A DNA stretch of 64,000 bases from a virus (taxonomy: Duplodnaviria > Heunggongvirae > Uroviricota > Caudoviricetes): positions 55,814 to 119,813 of the IMG/VR virus record IMGVR_UViG_3300042691_025398. The stretch is one strand, 5' to 3'. Below the pieces are notes generated by a model. The model did no database searches. It was not told where the DNA came from and saw only the letters and a program-made list of their open reading frames with translations. A program made the translations under genes and the position numbers. This document shows positions 1 through 10,836 of this stretch, piece by piece (position 1 is the stretch's first letter; every line of letters starts with the position of its first letter).

Positions 1-46
1 AGAAATTTACGATTATCAAATTGGTCGTTTTGGCTTTGATGGTGAA

Positions 47-3000
47 GTGTTTGATGCACAATACTTTGATCAAGCACCGCAAACTGAAACCAGAAAAATA
101 ATTCAAGGCATCAATGAAGAATTGCTGATTGATGATCTATTGATTGAGCGCAATCGTTTATTGGTTCTGATGTTTAACTTTATACTCACAGAACAACTCA
201 CACCAAATTGGCTCATGAAAACCAGCTTGATTGATGTTGAACACAACATTCGTGAGCTGTTGCCTTATCAGACCTACAGACGAGACAACCAGGACTTTGT
301 TTTGGACTATCTGTCTGAAGTTAAACCTTATCATGTGCAAATACGTGAGTTTAACTTGAAGTATGCTGGTCAAGATTTATACTCGGGTGATATCGCGGAC
401 TTTGATGTTCCTGCTTATTTTAACACAGATTATCAGCAGTATATCAGCCCAATATTATCTGAAGTTGAAGCCGAACCTAGCGACGCTGCCAGCAACAATA
501 TCATATGGCAAACACAGCCTTATGATCAATGGTTTCAAAATTACAAGCTGACACTGAATTCCATAGTGTTGGTGTCCGGTGGGTCAGGATATACCACTGT
601 GCCTAATGTGACCATCACTGGTGTGGCTGTGAGAAATGCCACAGCAGTGGCAGTGATCAACAGTGCAGGTCAAGTGAATAGTATTGTGGTCACTGATCCA
701 GGTGAAGGGTATCTTACAACACCCACAGTGACCATTACTGGTGGTAATGGATCTGGTGCCCTGGCCTATGCAGTGCTTGATAATCTGTTGGTGCGTGGTT
801 TAAAAACCACCATGAAATATGATAGATATCAATATCAAACCACAGTTGAAGAATGGCAGCCAAACATCACTTTTGACAATGGTCAATTGGTAAGCTACGC
901 TGATAGAATTTGGGAAGCCAATAGCCCTGATAGTACCGGTGTGAACACATCTGAATTCATACCTGAAGATTGGATTTTGGTGCCCATTAGCGAACTCAGT
1001 GGTGTTGACCGAACCATGGGTTATTATGTTGCGCTGGCCACTGAGCCAGGTAAAGAACTACCGCTATTGATTTCAGGAGTTGACTATCCGGGTGTGCAGG
1101 TCAAGGGATTGAATTTCAATCAAGACACCGGTTATGCACGTGGACCATTTGACATGACTCCATGGGATAACTTGGACTTTGATGAAAACGGACGTCCTAC
1201 CTATAGCGAAACCATTATTGACAGTGTGTTTGAAAGTGCATTCTTGGATCAATATCTTGGAACCGGCGCTAATGATGTCATAGTCGACGGTGGTGCATTT
1301 GTTGATCCTTACAGCAGTCATGCTCCAGAAGAACTTGTGCCCGGAAGTGAATTTGATACCATGGACTTCAAGGTGTTCACACGACCAGGTAGTGATTGGA
1401 ACGGTCTAGGACATGGCTTTGATATTTTAACCTTGCGTGCTTCGCTGAATCTAGCTGATCCTACAATCAGTTGGGCACAAATAGCACAGTATCAGACAAA
1501 TGAAATCTATCCAGCTGCTATAAGAGTCAGCAATGCAGGACCAAATGGATACAGCCTTACTTCAAGAGATCTAGATCCAAGCGAATACACAGTTGATTGG
1601 GTAAATCAAACTGTGACAATTCTAAGTGGTGCCATTGATGATGACACCATTGTGGTTGAAGTGTTTGAAGTTGGTGGCGGCAATCAACTGCTACGACGCA
1701 ACTACAACGGTGGCGATATTGGTACCGAACTGATCGTTGATGTAAAATTCAGTGAAATTTACGAGTTGGTTTTCTATGTAAACGGACAGCGATTAATCCA
1801 AGGTGTTGACTACACCTATGCTGTTTTGGATACCACTAGAACCTTGGTGACATTTAATGTGATCTTGACCAGTCTTGATGCAGTGAACTTGACTGTGATG
1901 GGTACACAAACACCTCAGTATTCATGGAGTTTGCCTACAGTGCAAACTTTTACAATTCAAGAGCTGTCTCCAAGTGCCACAGCAGTGCTCACTTATCCAT
2001 TGACCAATAGCATGCAGGGATCAAATCCTGACAATGTGTACGTGACTGTGAATGGATTTAGAGCTAGACCCAGTCAAGGCATTGAATGGTATGGCGATGG
2101 TAGCAGTGCAGAATTCCTGTTCCCAGAACGCGGTGGCTACAGCCAAGGTCTAATCGCCGACAACGAAGTTGATGTTTATGTAAATGATGTGCCGCAGGTG
2201 TTAGGCAGTGATTTCACAGTGGTACCCTGGGATGGTTTCAGTAGACGTTCTGTTGTGCTTTCCTATACACCTGACATTGGCGATAGAATTTTGATCTGTA
2301 TCACTACCAAGGCTGATTATCTTGTGTCAGGAAATGAAATCACATTTAGACCAACTGGATCGTTTGGTGTGTTCCCTGGTGATAAAGTGGTTGTTACCAG
2401 CTACAATGACACCCGACAGCAGAGCATTGTGCAAATCGTCTGGGTTGGGCCTATTCAAGTTGGTGCCACAGCCAGCGAAGGTTTTGATTTCCTTCCGTTT
2501 GACAGCGGTGCGGTCAACAATGAATCCGGCAGTTTTGACTTCAGTGAAGGTATTATTGTAAGCGAAAATGACTTTGATTTGAGAAGACCTGAGCAACTGG
2601 CAGAGAGAATGATTGTTTCTCTCAACGGTAGAATTCTCTTCCCTGGTTTGGACTACACTATTATTTCAGAGAATGACACCACATATCTTGAACTTTTGTC
2701 TGGTCCTATCGCAGTAACCGATGTGGTAGTTGCCACTTTGTTTACTAATCAAATAGTTCCAAATGCCATGGCATTCCGTATTTTCCAAGACATGCGTGGT
2801 GTTCAATCAACTTATCGTATCACTGGTGACACAACCACCCGACTGGTGCGTGATCTTGGTGTAAACGATGATGTGATATATGTGGAAAATGCTGAAGCTT
2901 GTGGTCTGCCAAACATTGCGGCCAACTATCTTGGTGTTGTGGTTATAAATGGTGAACGAATAACCTTCAGGGCGAGAGATCTAGTGAACAACACGCTGTC

Positions 3001-3442
3001 AGGGTTAATGAGAGGAACCGCAGGCACTGCTATTGACAGTCATGTAGCAGGTACTCTGGTATATAACATGGGCAGAGAAAACATCCTAGCGGGCGGTGGC
3101 TATCAAGATTATGTGGTTCAAACCACTGTGAAATCCAATGGTTCACAAACCACGTTCACTGCTCCAAATATTAATCTACTGGGCATTGACAGTACTGAAT
3201 GGCTAGAAGCGTTGACCGTTACAGTTGGCGGTATTATACAACCCTATACTGCGTATGCGTTTGTGAGTGCAAGTCCAGCCACTGTGATGTTTTACTCTGC
3301 TCCGCCAGCGGGACGTCTGGTTACTTTAGCAGTAAAACGAGCTCAAAGTTGGTATCAACCAGGTCCGTTTGAACCCAGCGATGGTGTGCCCTTGCAGTTG
3401 CAGAACACAGCAGCAGCTAAATTCTTGAGGAATGATGACTAA
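47..3442 (+). CDS. Large phage structural protein (tail fibre/baseplate-like) with repeated GGSGYTTVPNVTITG Ig-like segments
   Basis: 1131 aa ORF with an internal near-duplicate (SGGSGYTTVPNVTITG / PGEGYLTTPTVTITG). Gly/Thr/Val-rich beta composition is typical of phage fibre and adhesin proteins. Confidence 0.5.
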   Translation: MFDAQYFDQAPQTETRKIIQGINEELLIDDLLIERNRLLVLMFNFILTEQLTPNWLMKTSLIDVEHNIRELLPYQTYRRDNQDFVLDYLSEVKPYHVQIREFNLKYAGQDLYSGDIADFDVPAYFNTDYQQYISPILSEVEAEPSDAASNNIIWQTQPYDQWFQNYKLTLNSIVLVSGGSGYTTVPNVTITGVAVRNATAVAVINSAGQVNSIVVTDPGEGYLTTPTVTITGGNGSGALAYAVLDNLLVRGLKTTMKYDRYQYQTTVEEWQPNITFDNGQLVSYADRIWEANSPDSTGVNTSEFIPEDWILVPISELSGVDRTMGYYVALATEPGKELPLLISGVDYPGVQVKGLNFNQDTGYARGPFDMTPWDNLDFDENGRPTYSETIIDSVFESAFLDQYLGTGANDVIVDGGAFVDPYSSHAPEELVPGSEFDTMDFKVFTRPGSDWNGLGHGFDILTLRASLNLADPTISWAQIAQYQTNEIYPAAIRVSNAGPNGYSLTSRDLDPSEYTVDWVNQTVTILSGAIDDDTIVVEVFEVGGGNQLLRRNYNGGDIGTELIVDVKFSEIYELVFYVNGQRLIQGVDYTYAVLDTTRTLVTFNVILTSLDAVNLTVMGTQTPQYSWSLPTVQTFTIQELSPSATAVLTYPLTNSMQGSNPDNVYVTVNGFRARPSQGIEWYGDGSSAEFLFPERGGYSQGLIADNEVDVYVNDVPQVLGSDFTVVPWDGFSRRSVVLSYTPDIGDRILICITTKADYLVSGNEITFRPTGSFGVFPGDKVVVTSYNDTRQQSIVQIVWVGPIQVGATASEGFDFLPFDSGAVNNESGSFDFSEGIIVSENDFDLRRPEQLAERMIVSLNGRILFPGLDYTIISENDTTYLELLSGPIAVTDVVVATLFTNQIVPNAMAFRIFQDMRGVQSTYRITGDTTTRLVRDLGVNDDVIYVENAEACGLPNIAANYLGVVVINGERITFRARDLVNNTLSGLMRGTAGTAIDSHVAGTLVYNMGRENILAGGGYQDYVVQTTVKSNGSQTTFTAPNINLLGIDSTEWLEALTVTVGGIIQPYTAYAFVSASPATVMFYSAPPAGRLVTLAVKRAQSWYQPGPFEPSDGVPLQLQNTAAAKFLRNDD

Positions 3443-3626
3443 GAAAAGTCAGGGTTTTTTGCCTAACTAAATATACGATCATGGAAACAAAGACAAATAA
3501 CTCAGTGCCTGTGCCAAAACCCAAGGAAAGCAACAAACCTCCCAATGAAAACGGTACGGTTCATGTTGACGAGTTTGTGCGAATACACGATCCAAACACC
3601 AAACAAGTATATCACGAGGGAAGAGC

Positions 3627-4232
3627 ATGATCCAAGGGCAATTCAAAATTGACGGCTTTTTAAAGATTTATGATCCCAAAACACAAGAAGTGTTTTTGGA
3701 CAAGCACAATGCCATTCACTATGAAAACATTTCAGTGGGCATGGCGCAAACGCTGGCAGATAGAAACACTGGTTATATCTATCAAATGGCATTTGGTAAT
3801 GGCGGTAGTTCGGTTGATCCCACTGGCGTGATTACGTATTTGCCCCCTAACACCGTGGGACAAAATGCCAGCCTGTACAACCAAACCTATCAAAAGATTG
3901 TAGACGATGCCAGTACTGACAACACAGACCCGATCAACAACAGAATGTCAGTGTTACATACACCCGGTAAATTCTACACTGATATCCTGGTTACCTGTCT
4001 GTTAGATTACGGTGAACCAGCAGGTCAGCAGGCATTTGACAACTCCACTAATTTCAGTGGCGAATTTGTATTTGATGAACTTGGCTTAAAAACTTGGAAC
4101 GGTAGCGTAGATGATCTACGCTTGATCACTCATGTAGTTTTTCACCCAGTACAAAAAAGTTTGAATCGTCAGATACAAATTGATTACACGCTAAGGATAC
4201 AGACTCTAACCAACCTTAGCAGTAATGCATAA
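3627..4232 (+). CDS. Hypothetical structural-module protein
   Basis: 201 aa ORF between two fibre-like genes. No recognisable catalytic motif. Confidence 0.35.
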   Translation: MIQGQFKIDGFLKIYDPKTQEVFLDKHNAIHYENISVGMAQTLADRNTGYIYQMAFGNGGSSVDPTGVITYLPPNTVGQNASLYNQTYQKIVDDASTDNTDPINNRMSVLHTPGKFYTDILVTCLLDYGEPAGQQAFDNSTNFSGEFVFDELGLKTWNGSVDDLRLITHVVFHPVQKSLNRQIQIDYTLRIQTLTNLSSNA

Positions 4233-4280
4233 ATATTAGCAGTTTAAAGGTGCTAAATATACAAAGGACAGTAGACTAAC

Positions 4281-5663
4281 ATGGCTTATCAGATTAATCT
4301 TACCGACGGTACACCATTTGCAACAATTGCGGACGGTACCATTAATACTTCTAGCAGCATGGTGCTGGTTGGAAAAAACTATGCTGGATATGGTGAATTT
4401 CTAGACACAAACTTTATCCACTTATTAGAAAACTCATCAGCGATTAGCCCCCCTGGTAATCCACTTGCTGGACAACTTTGGTGGGACAAATCAAATAATC
4501 TATTAAAAGTCTACAACGGAACAACTTTTAAAACCATCAGTGCTGCTACAGCGTCTACCACTCAACCAGCTAGTAATGTTACCGGTGACTTGTGGTATGA
4601 TATCACTAATCAGCAGTTGAAAGTTTATAATGGATCAGCATTTATTCTTGTTGGTCCACAGAGCACAGGCGGCGGTGGCACCACTGGTGCTGTGCCAGCA
4701 ACTATTACAGATACCCCGGCTGGTGTAAGCCACACTGTGATTGAATTAACCATTCAAGATGCAGTGGTTGGTATTGTGAGTTCAGATGCTGAATTCACCC
4801 CTGCTGGTGCTGGTATTCCTGGATTTACCACAGTGAAACCTGGTTTGAATCTAGCCAGCACAGTGAACGGACAAACTCCTTTGTTCCAGGGCACAGCAGC
4901 CAACGCAGTGTTGTTGAATGGCGTGGCCAGCACTGGTTTCATTCGCAACAGTGGCACTGGTCAAACCATGAGCACCACCCTAGGCGTATTAACTGACAGC
5001 GGACTCAGTGTTGGTGCAGACAGTGATTTTAGAGTGAGCGTTAGTGGAACTGCTGTTCAAATTGACAATCAAACTCAAGACGGTAACATTGTGTTTAGAG
5101 TAAACGATGGTGGCGTGACCACTGCTGTTCTAACTCTTGATGGTGCTAATGCTGCCGCAGTGTTTTCAGCGTTCTCAACTTCTTCAATTCAAAAATCTGG
5201 TACCAATGCTGTGGGTAATATTGGTTCCGCAAGTAACTATTTTAACCGTGTGTTTGCAACAGCTACCACAGCTTTGTATGCTGACGTTGCAGAACGCTTT
5301 GCTAGTGATACCACTTACGAGCCTGGCACTGTGGTTGAACTGGGCGGTCCTAAAGAAATCACTATCAGTCAAAACGAACTGAGCGAAAATGTGTTTGGTG
5401 TGATAAGTACTCGTGCAGCCTTCTTAATGAACGGCGGCGCAGGCGAAGACGACACTCATCCACCAGTAGCAGTCACAGGACGAGTACCAGTGCGTTGCAC
5501 TGGACTGATCAAAAAAGGTGATCGCCTAGTATCCGCAGGTAATGGTTTGGCTCGTGCAGCTCAACCCGGCGAAGCAACTGCTTTCAACACTATTGGTCGC
5601 GCTCTAGTAGACAAAGAATATTCAGATGAAGGCGTAGTAGAAGCCATCGTAATGATCAAGTAA
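4281..5663 (+). CDS. Tail-fibre-like protein
   Basis: 460 aa, Gly/Thr/Ala-rich. Repeated motif LWWDKSNNLLKVYNGTTF / LWYDITNQQLKVYNGSAF. AGGA-type RBS upstream. Confidence 0.5.
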   Translation: MAYQINLTDGTPFATIADGTINTSSSMVLVGKNYAGYGEFLDTNFIHLLENSSAISPPGNPLAGQLWWDKSNNLLKVYNGTTFKTISAATASTTQPASNVTGDLWYDITNQQLKVYNGSAFILVGPQSTGGGGTTGAVPATITDTPAGVSHTVIELTIQDAVVGIVSSDAEFTPAGAGIPGFTTVKPGLNLASTVNGQTPLFQGTAANAVLLNGVASTGFIRNSGTGQTMSTTLGVLTDSGLSVGADSDFRVSVSGTAVQIDNQTQDGNIVFRVNDGGVTTAVLTLDGANAAAVFSAFSTSSIQKSGTNAVGNIGSASNYFNRVFATATTALYADVAERFASDTTYEPGTVVELGGPKEITISQNELSENVFGVISTRAAFLMNGGAGEDDTHPPVAVTGRVPVRCTGLIKKGDRLVSAGNGLARAAQPGEATAFNTIGRALVDKEYSDEGVVEAIVMIK

Positions 5664-5674
5664 AGGAAGAACAA

Positions 5675-6640
5675 ATGACGTACTCTAGTGGTAGTTTAAT
5701 TGAAGCCACCGATTATAATGGTTTCGTAACTGGAACCGCCAATGCCAATTTAAATGATGTTTGGAGCGTGGGTTCAGGAGACAAAGGCTACGGCGAAAGC
5801 GCAGTGGCAAACGTGAGTGTTGCTGCTACCGTAACCGCTACAAACTGGGCAACGTTAGTTAATCGTATCAGTTCTTTGGGCAGTCACACTGGCACAACAA
5901 TCACATCAAGAAGTGCACCAACAGCAGGCGATCTAGTTCAAGTTCTAGCAAATGTAAACACTGACCTAACCAATATCACAACCAATCGTGGCAATGCAGT
6001 GGCATCAGGTACACAGTACACAGCATGGACAGGCACATCAGGCAAAACAGGTGACACCACAGGCGTAGGCTCAATCACTTTTACTCACACCGTTACTTTT
6101 TCCAGCGCAAATGCAGCTAGATATTTCTGGAACGCAGGTGGTATTATCAAATGGCAAGTTGGCAAAAGCTCAACAGGCAATGATGGTGATCCAGAGTGGA
6201 ATGACCTAGCAGCAACACTGTGCGGAACACTTTTTATAACTGGTAGAGTGGCCGGCCAAACAGCCAACATTGCAGGCACTAGTTATACAGGCACAACCAA
6301 ATCTGGCGGAACAGGTACACCTAACACTCTTTTAACCACCACAGGCTGGTATCAACTCACAACATCCAACACTATCTTATACAAACAGTTTGCAGACACA
6401 GCTCCTTATACCAGCAACTTTATTCAATTGCAAGCCAAAACTGGAAACACAGGCACCACGTTGGATCTCACTACCACATGGAACAATGCAGAAGGTGATA
6501 CCATTTCTGGTGGTACTGCACCGTCTGGCGCATCATTTGGCACATGTCCAACAACTCTAGTAACCTATTTCCCACCAAGTTCAACATATTTGACAAGTGC
6601 AGCGTGGGGAACACCCACAATTGTTGCAGGCGTAGCTTAA
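5675..6640 (+). CDS. Thr/Gly-rich structural (fibre/decoration) protein
   Basis: 321 aa with extreme T/G/S/A composition. Immediately downstream of the fibre gene. Confidence 0.45.
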   Translation: MTYSSGSLIEATDYNGFVTGTANANLNDVWSVGSGDKGYGESAVANVSVAATVTATNWATLVNRISSLGSHTGTTITSRSAPTAGDLVQVLANVNTDLTNITTNRGNAVASGTQYTAWTGTSGKTGDTTGVGSITFTHTVTFSSANAARYFWNAGGIIKWQVGKSSTGNDGDPEWNDLAATLCGTLFITGRVAGQTANIAGTSYTGTTKSGGTGTPNTLLTTTGWYQLTTSNTILYKQFADTAPYTSNFIQLQAKTGNTGTTLDLTTTWNNAEGDTISGGTAPSGASFGTCPTTLVTYFPPSSTYLTSAAWGTPTIVAGVA

Positions 6641-6670
6641 TTTTAGGCATTTTGATCATGTAAAGGGCCA

Positions 6671-7018
6671 TTGGCCCTTTACCTTTATGCAAGTTTATGT
6701 TATAATCTTCCCATGGATACCAATGATCTAGTGGCATACGCCCGTGCTCGTTTTGATCACGAGGCAAACAAACGCCTACTTCAAGAAAAATATGAAGCCA
6801 AATTAACATTCGCATACAAAGGCGGCATGTTTCGAGCTGATCCTGCGATGATTGCTTTTTTAAGCTTGTATGGGGATGAACCAATTGTGATACAGGATCT
6901 CTATCACAATCCCGTACAAATTAATGCACAAGAGCTGCGCACTCTGATGATGCAACGGCATCAGGAACAGATGAATGCCTGGCTAAACGAACACAGCCAA
7001 TCCAGTAGAAATCGATGA
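6671..7018 (+). CDS. Hypothetical protein
   Basis: 115 aa ORF. Start of the co-directional biosynthetic block. Confidence 0.3.
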   Translation: MALYLYASLCYNLPMDTNDLVAYARARFDHEANKRLLQEKYEAKLTFAYKGGMFRADPAMIAFLSLYGDEPIVIQDLYHNPVQINAQELRTLMMQRHQEQMNAWLNEHSQSSRNR

Positions 7019-7812
7019 CAACCGGTGTGTTATTATTTGCATTCAATAATGATCATTTTGATTATTTGCGCATAGCTGCCTGGAACTGCAAACGCATTCA
7101 TGAGTTTTTGAATTTGCCAGTAGCAGTGGTCACCAACGTTCAGGATCATGATCAAATTCACTGCTTTGATCATGTGATTTATAAAGCCAAGCCTGAATCA
7201 GGCAAACGATACTTTGAAGACGTACAAAGCACTGTGTCATGGTACAATCTAGATAGAAGCTCCGCTTGGGAGATTTCTCCATTTGATCGTACCTTGGTGT
7301 TGGATGTTGACTATGTGGTCAATAGTCAACAGTTGCTTTGTCTACTGAACTTGAATCAAGATTTTGTTTGCCACAAGCACGCGATTGATGCCAAGACTGG
7401 AAAAGAATTCAACGCCACATTTGGTCGTTACAACATGCCCATGTATTGGGCCACGGTCATGTGCTATCAACGCAGCAAAAAGGCTGAAACTGTTTTTACC
7501 TTGATGCAAATGATACAAAAACATTGGCAGCACTATAGAGAACTATATCAAATAGACAGACCAACGTTTAGAAATGATCATGCTTTGAGTATTGCTCTGA
7601 ATATTGAATCAGGGCAATTTTTAAATACCACTAACATACCTTGGAGTTTGCTCAGCGTGATGCCTTCAGACAGGCTCAGCCTTATAGACTCGGAAGATTT
7701 TAGAGTTGATTACCAACAAAACAATCGTGATCATTATGTGTTGATCAAAAATCAAGATTTTCATGCCATGGGTAAAAGTTATCTGGAGAACATAATTGCC
7801 AATCATAGCTGA
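7015..7812 (+). CDS. Hypothetical protein (possible nucleotide-sugar transferase)
   Basis: 265 aa. Its start overlaps the upstream stop. Sits in the glycan-synthesis operon. Confidence 0.3.
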   Translation: MTTGVLLFAFNNDHFDYLRIAAWNCKRIHEFLNLPVAVVTNVQDHDQIHCFDHVIYKAKPESGKRYFEDVQSTVSWYNLDRSSAWEISPFDRTLVLDVDYVVNSQQLLCLLNLNQDFVCHKHAIDAKTGKEFNATFGRYNMPMYWATVMCYQRSKKAETVFTLMQMIQKHWQHYRELYQIDRPTFRNDHALSIALNIESGQFLNTTNIPWSLLSVMPSDRLSLIDSEDFRVDYQQNNRDHYVLIKNQDFHAMGKSYLENIIANHS

Positions 7813-8527
7813 ACAGGGCTTTGTTATTCCTGCTTTCAATACCCAGCATGTGGACTATGAATCATGCGCACAGCGATTGAAGAAGTCAATACTGGATTTT
7901 CACAGCACAGCCAACGTGACTATTTTAAGCAATGCTGACTTACCAGTGACCAATCTCACAGGACAGGCATTGGATTGGTTTGCCTACAAGTTAAGTCCCT
8001 ACAGACAAACTATCAAACTAGAAGCCGACATGCTCATGGCCGGGCCTTGTGCGCATTGGTTTGACCTATTACAACATCGTGACATTTGTATCTCAACCGG
8101 TTGCTTGGATTTTTATGGACAGCAGTCTACAAGTAGATTTTATAGAAAATTCATTGACCATAACAATCTACCAGACGTGTATAATGCCATCACTTATTGG
8201 AGAGTGAGTCATGCTGCACATGAGTTTTTTACTTGGTGTAAAAGAATTTTCATGGATTGGGATGAATACCGTAGATTGGTTAAATTTGCAGATGAGGAAC
8301 CCACTACAGATTTTGTTTATGCGATAGCAGCACAAATTCTAGGCCCAGAAACAGTGACCATGCCCTTTGCTAGCTATCCAAAAATCAGACACTTCAAACA
8401 GCATATTCTTAAAACCATGACCAATGATTGGACCAAAGAACTTGTATGGGAAGTTGACCCATTGCGTATTAACACTATGGCACAATGGGGTGCAGTACAT
8501 TATGTGAATAAAACATGGACACCGTAG
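7796..8527 (+). CDS. Hypothetical protein
   Basis: 243 aa, overlapping start/stop with its neighbours. Confidence 0.3.
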   Translation: MPIIAEQGFVIPAFNTQHVDYESCAQRLKKSILDFHSTANVTILSNADLPVTNLTGQALDWFAYKLSPYRQTIKLEADMLMAGPCAHWFDLLQHRDICISTGCLDFYGQQSTSRFYRKFIDHNNLPDVYNAITYWRVSHAAHEFFTWCKRIFMDWDEYRRLVKFADEEPTTDFVYAIAAQILGPETVTMPFASYPKIRHFKQHILKTMTNDWTKELVWEVDPLRINTMAQWGAVHYVNKTWTP

Positions 8528-8859
8528 ATTTTTGGCAACAGGTAGCAGAGTTATTAGAACCAGTTACAAATCATGAGACTCATTATAGAGTGTATTATGA
8601 CTCAACTGGACAAGTGTTATTTTATACCATGGAACACCTTCCAGGTAACTATCTAGACATTGATAGAGAAACCTACGCTCGCGCAGATTCCAAAGCGAGA
8701 GTTCAAAACGGAAAACTTGTAGCAGCAGCCACTCGAGTGAGTAGTAAACTCGTTCCAGACAATCAAGGACAGCCATGTCATCCACAGAATGTTGCTATTG
8801 TAAGTGATTCAGATCAAAACACAAAATGGAAGTTGAAACATTATGACCGAGCTAGTTGA
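8515..8859 (+). CDS. Hypothetical protein
   Basis: 114 aa ORF in the operon. Confidence 0.25.
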   Translation: MDTVDFWQQVAELLEPVTNHETHYRVYYDSTGQVLFYTMEHLPGNYLDIDRETYARADSKARVQNGKLVAAATRVSSKLVPDNQGQPCHPQNVAIVSDSDQNTKWKLKHYDRAS

Positions 8860-9769
8860 TATTGCTGATTTAGACTGTGTATTTTTAACCTATGATGAAC
8901 CTAATGCTGAGGAAAATTGGGTCCGTGTTCGGAACATGGTACCCTGGGCGCGACGAGTGGATGGTATTAAAGGGTCAGACGCCGCCCACAAAGCAGCAGC
9001 GATGGCGTCAACCACTGATCGCTTTGTGCTTATTGACGGGGACAATATCCCTGATGTTGCCTTTTTTGGGTGTACACTGGAGTTGGATGATACTAACCGG
9101 GACGTTGTATATCGCTGGAGGGCTAGGAATAACGTTAATGGATTGATGTATGGCAACGGTGGTATTAGTTGTTGGACACGAGACTTTGTGATGAACATGA
9201 AAACACACGAAGCAAGTGATGGCGCAGATGAAACCGCAGTTGAATTTTGTTTCCATCCAAAGTACTGGGCCATGCATGACTGTTACTCAACCACTTGTAT
9301 CAATACCACAGACTTTCAAGCCTGGCGTGCTGGATTTAGAGAAGGTGTCAAGATGTGCTTGGACCGTGGCCGCAGACCTTCTGTAAGCGAATTTCAAGAA
9401 CGTGTGTATCAACGTAATCTTGACAATCTAACCATATGGCACAACATTGGACGTGATGTTGAAAATGGTGATTGGGCAATCGCTGGTGCACGAATGGGCA
9501 CCTACATGACCATGTTGACCGAATGGAACTACCAATTGGTGCAAGACTTTGACGAACTAATAAAAATTTGGGATACAGTAAGAGATAATCATCCAGATGT
9601 GGTTGCAGGACGGCTTGCTGAAGATCTAAACACACAGCTTGGCCTACCCATGAACAGCACACAGGGCATGGAAAGTGAATTTTTTAAACATCACTATCGT
9701 GCTAACTTTCACAACCGGGGCATCATGACCAAAGAGATTGATGTGATTCAAGCACAGGAAGGCCGGTAA
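8843..9769 (+). CDS. Hypothetical protein, paralogous to the C-terminal domain of ORF 24471-26081
   Basis: Shared motifs GSDAAHKAAAMAST..F / GREAAYKVAAEQSET..F and NVNGLMYGNGGI / NPVNGLEYGAMNI. Confidence 0.35.
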   Translation: MTELVDIADLDCVFLTYDEPNAEENWVRVRNMVPWARRVDGIKGSDAAHKAAAMASTTDRFVLIDGDNIPDVAFFGCTLELDDTNRDVVYRWRARNNVNGLMYGNGGISCWTRDFVMNMKTHEASDGADETAVEFCFHPKYWAMHDCYSTTCINTTDFQAWRAGFREGVKMCLDRGRRPSVSEFQERVYQRNLDNLTIWHNIGRDVENGDWAIAGARMGTYMTMLTEWNYQLVQDFDELIKIWDTVRDNHPDVVAGRLAEDLNTQLGLPMNSTQGMESEFFKHHYRANFHNRGIMTKEIDVIQAQEGR

Positions 9770-10836
9770 TGTCTTATTTTACGCTACCCGCAGGTTACAA
9801 ACATCAATTAGTTTCTAAACCTAGGGGTAGATTACTGTCAACTCCAATACACAATAGTTGTAATGTGCCATATAAAACTGTGGTAGTGGATTACAATTCC
9901 AACTGTTTGATATGTGGTTGCGATGGTTGGCTACCAATTCCAGTAGGACAAGTGCAAGATTTTTTCAGTTTAGAAGATGTATGGAATAGTCCTACCGCAA
10001 AAATCCTGCAACAAGATATTGATGATAAAAAATTTACTTGGTGTGCAGTAGAACACTGTGGGATCAAACATCATAATATAAAACAATCTAGATATGAATT
10101 ATCAATAAACATTGATGAAAGTTGCAATTTACACTGTCCTAGTTGTCGCAGAGAACCAGTTATGCATTTACAAGGCACAGCTTTTGACAAGAAACTACAA
10201 GACATTGAACGCATACTTGGTTGGTTAGAATCCTTTCAACATCCTATACATATTGTGTTGTCGGGCAACGGTGATCCATTAGCCAGTGCAATCATTCGTC
10301 CTCTTATAAAAAAATACAAACCAAAAAGCAATCAGAGTTTTAAATTTTTTACCAATGGATTGTTGATCAAAAAACAACTAACAGACACAGCTATATTCAA
10401 CAATATAACAGAATTTTCAATAAGTGTTGATGCAGGTAGTCAACTAGTTTATGAAAATGTTCGTAGAGGCGGCAGTTGGCCAGTACTATTAGAAAATCTT
10501 GAATATTTAAAATCCATTGGCAAATCCGGATCAACCATCTTGAATTTTGCATTGCAAAAAAGCAATTTTGCTGACTTACAAAATTTTATTGATCTGTGTC
10601 ATTGGTACAATTTTAGCGCATTTGTGCATGGGCTTGACGATTGGGGGACCTGGAACACTAATGATGTGCAAGTACCTGATGCATGGACAATTAAAAACGG
10701 AACATTTAAACAGCACAATGTTTTAGACAGTGCTCATCCTCAATATCAAGAGTGCAAAAACATGATTCAAACAATTATGTCAGCTTCGCCACAGAATGTG
10801 TTCTTTTCTTTCGATTTACAGGCCAAACTTAGATGA
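9769..10836 (+). CDS. Radical SAM enzyme (divergent first member of the array)
   Basis: CX3CX2C motif (ESCNLHCPSC) followed by VLSGNGDPL. N-terminal Cys cluster (CNVPY..CLICGCDGW). Confidence 0.6.
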   Translation: MSYFTLPAGYKHQLVSKPRGRLLSTPIHNSCNVPYKTVVVDYNSNCLICGCDGWLPIPVGQVQDFFSLEDVWNSPTAKILQQDIDDKKFTWCAVEHCGIKHHNIKQSRYELSINIDESCNLHCPSCRREPVMHLQGTAFDKKLQDIERILGWLESFQHPIHIVLSGNGDPLASAIIRPLIKKYKPKSNQSFKFFTNGLLIKKQLTDTAIFNNITEFSISVDAGSQLVYENVRRGGSWPVLLENLEYLKSIGKSGSTILNFALQKSNFADLQNFIDLCHWYNFSAFVHGLDDWGTWNTNDVQVPDAWTIKNGTFKQHNVLDSAHPQYQECKNMIQTIMSASPQNVFFSFDLQAKLR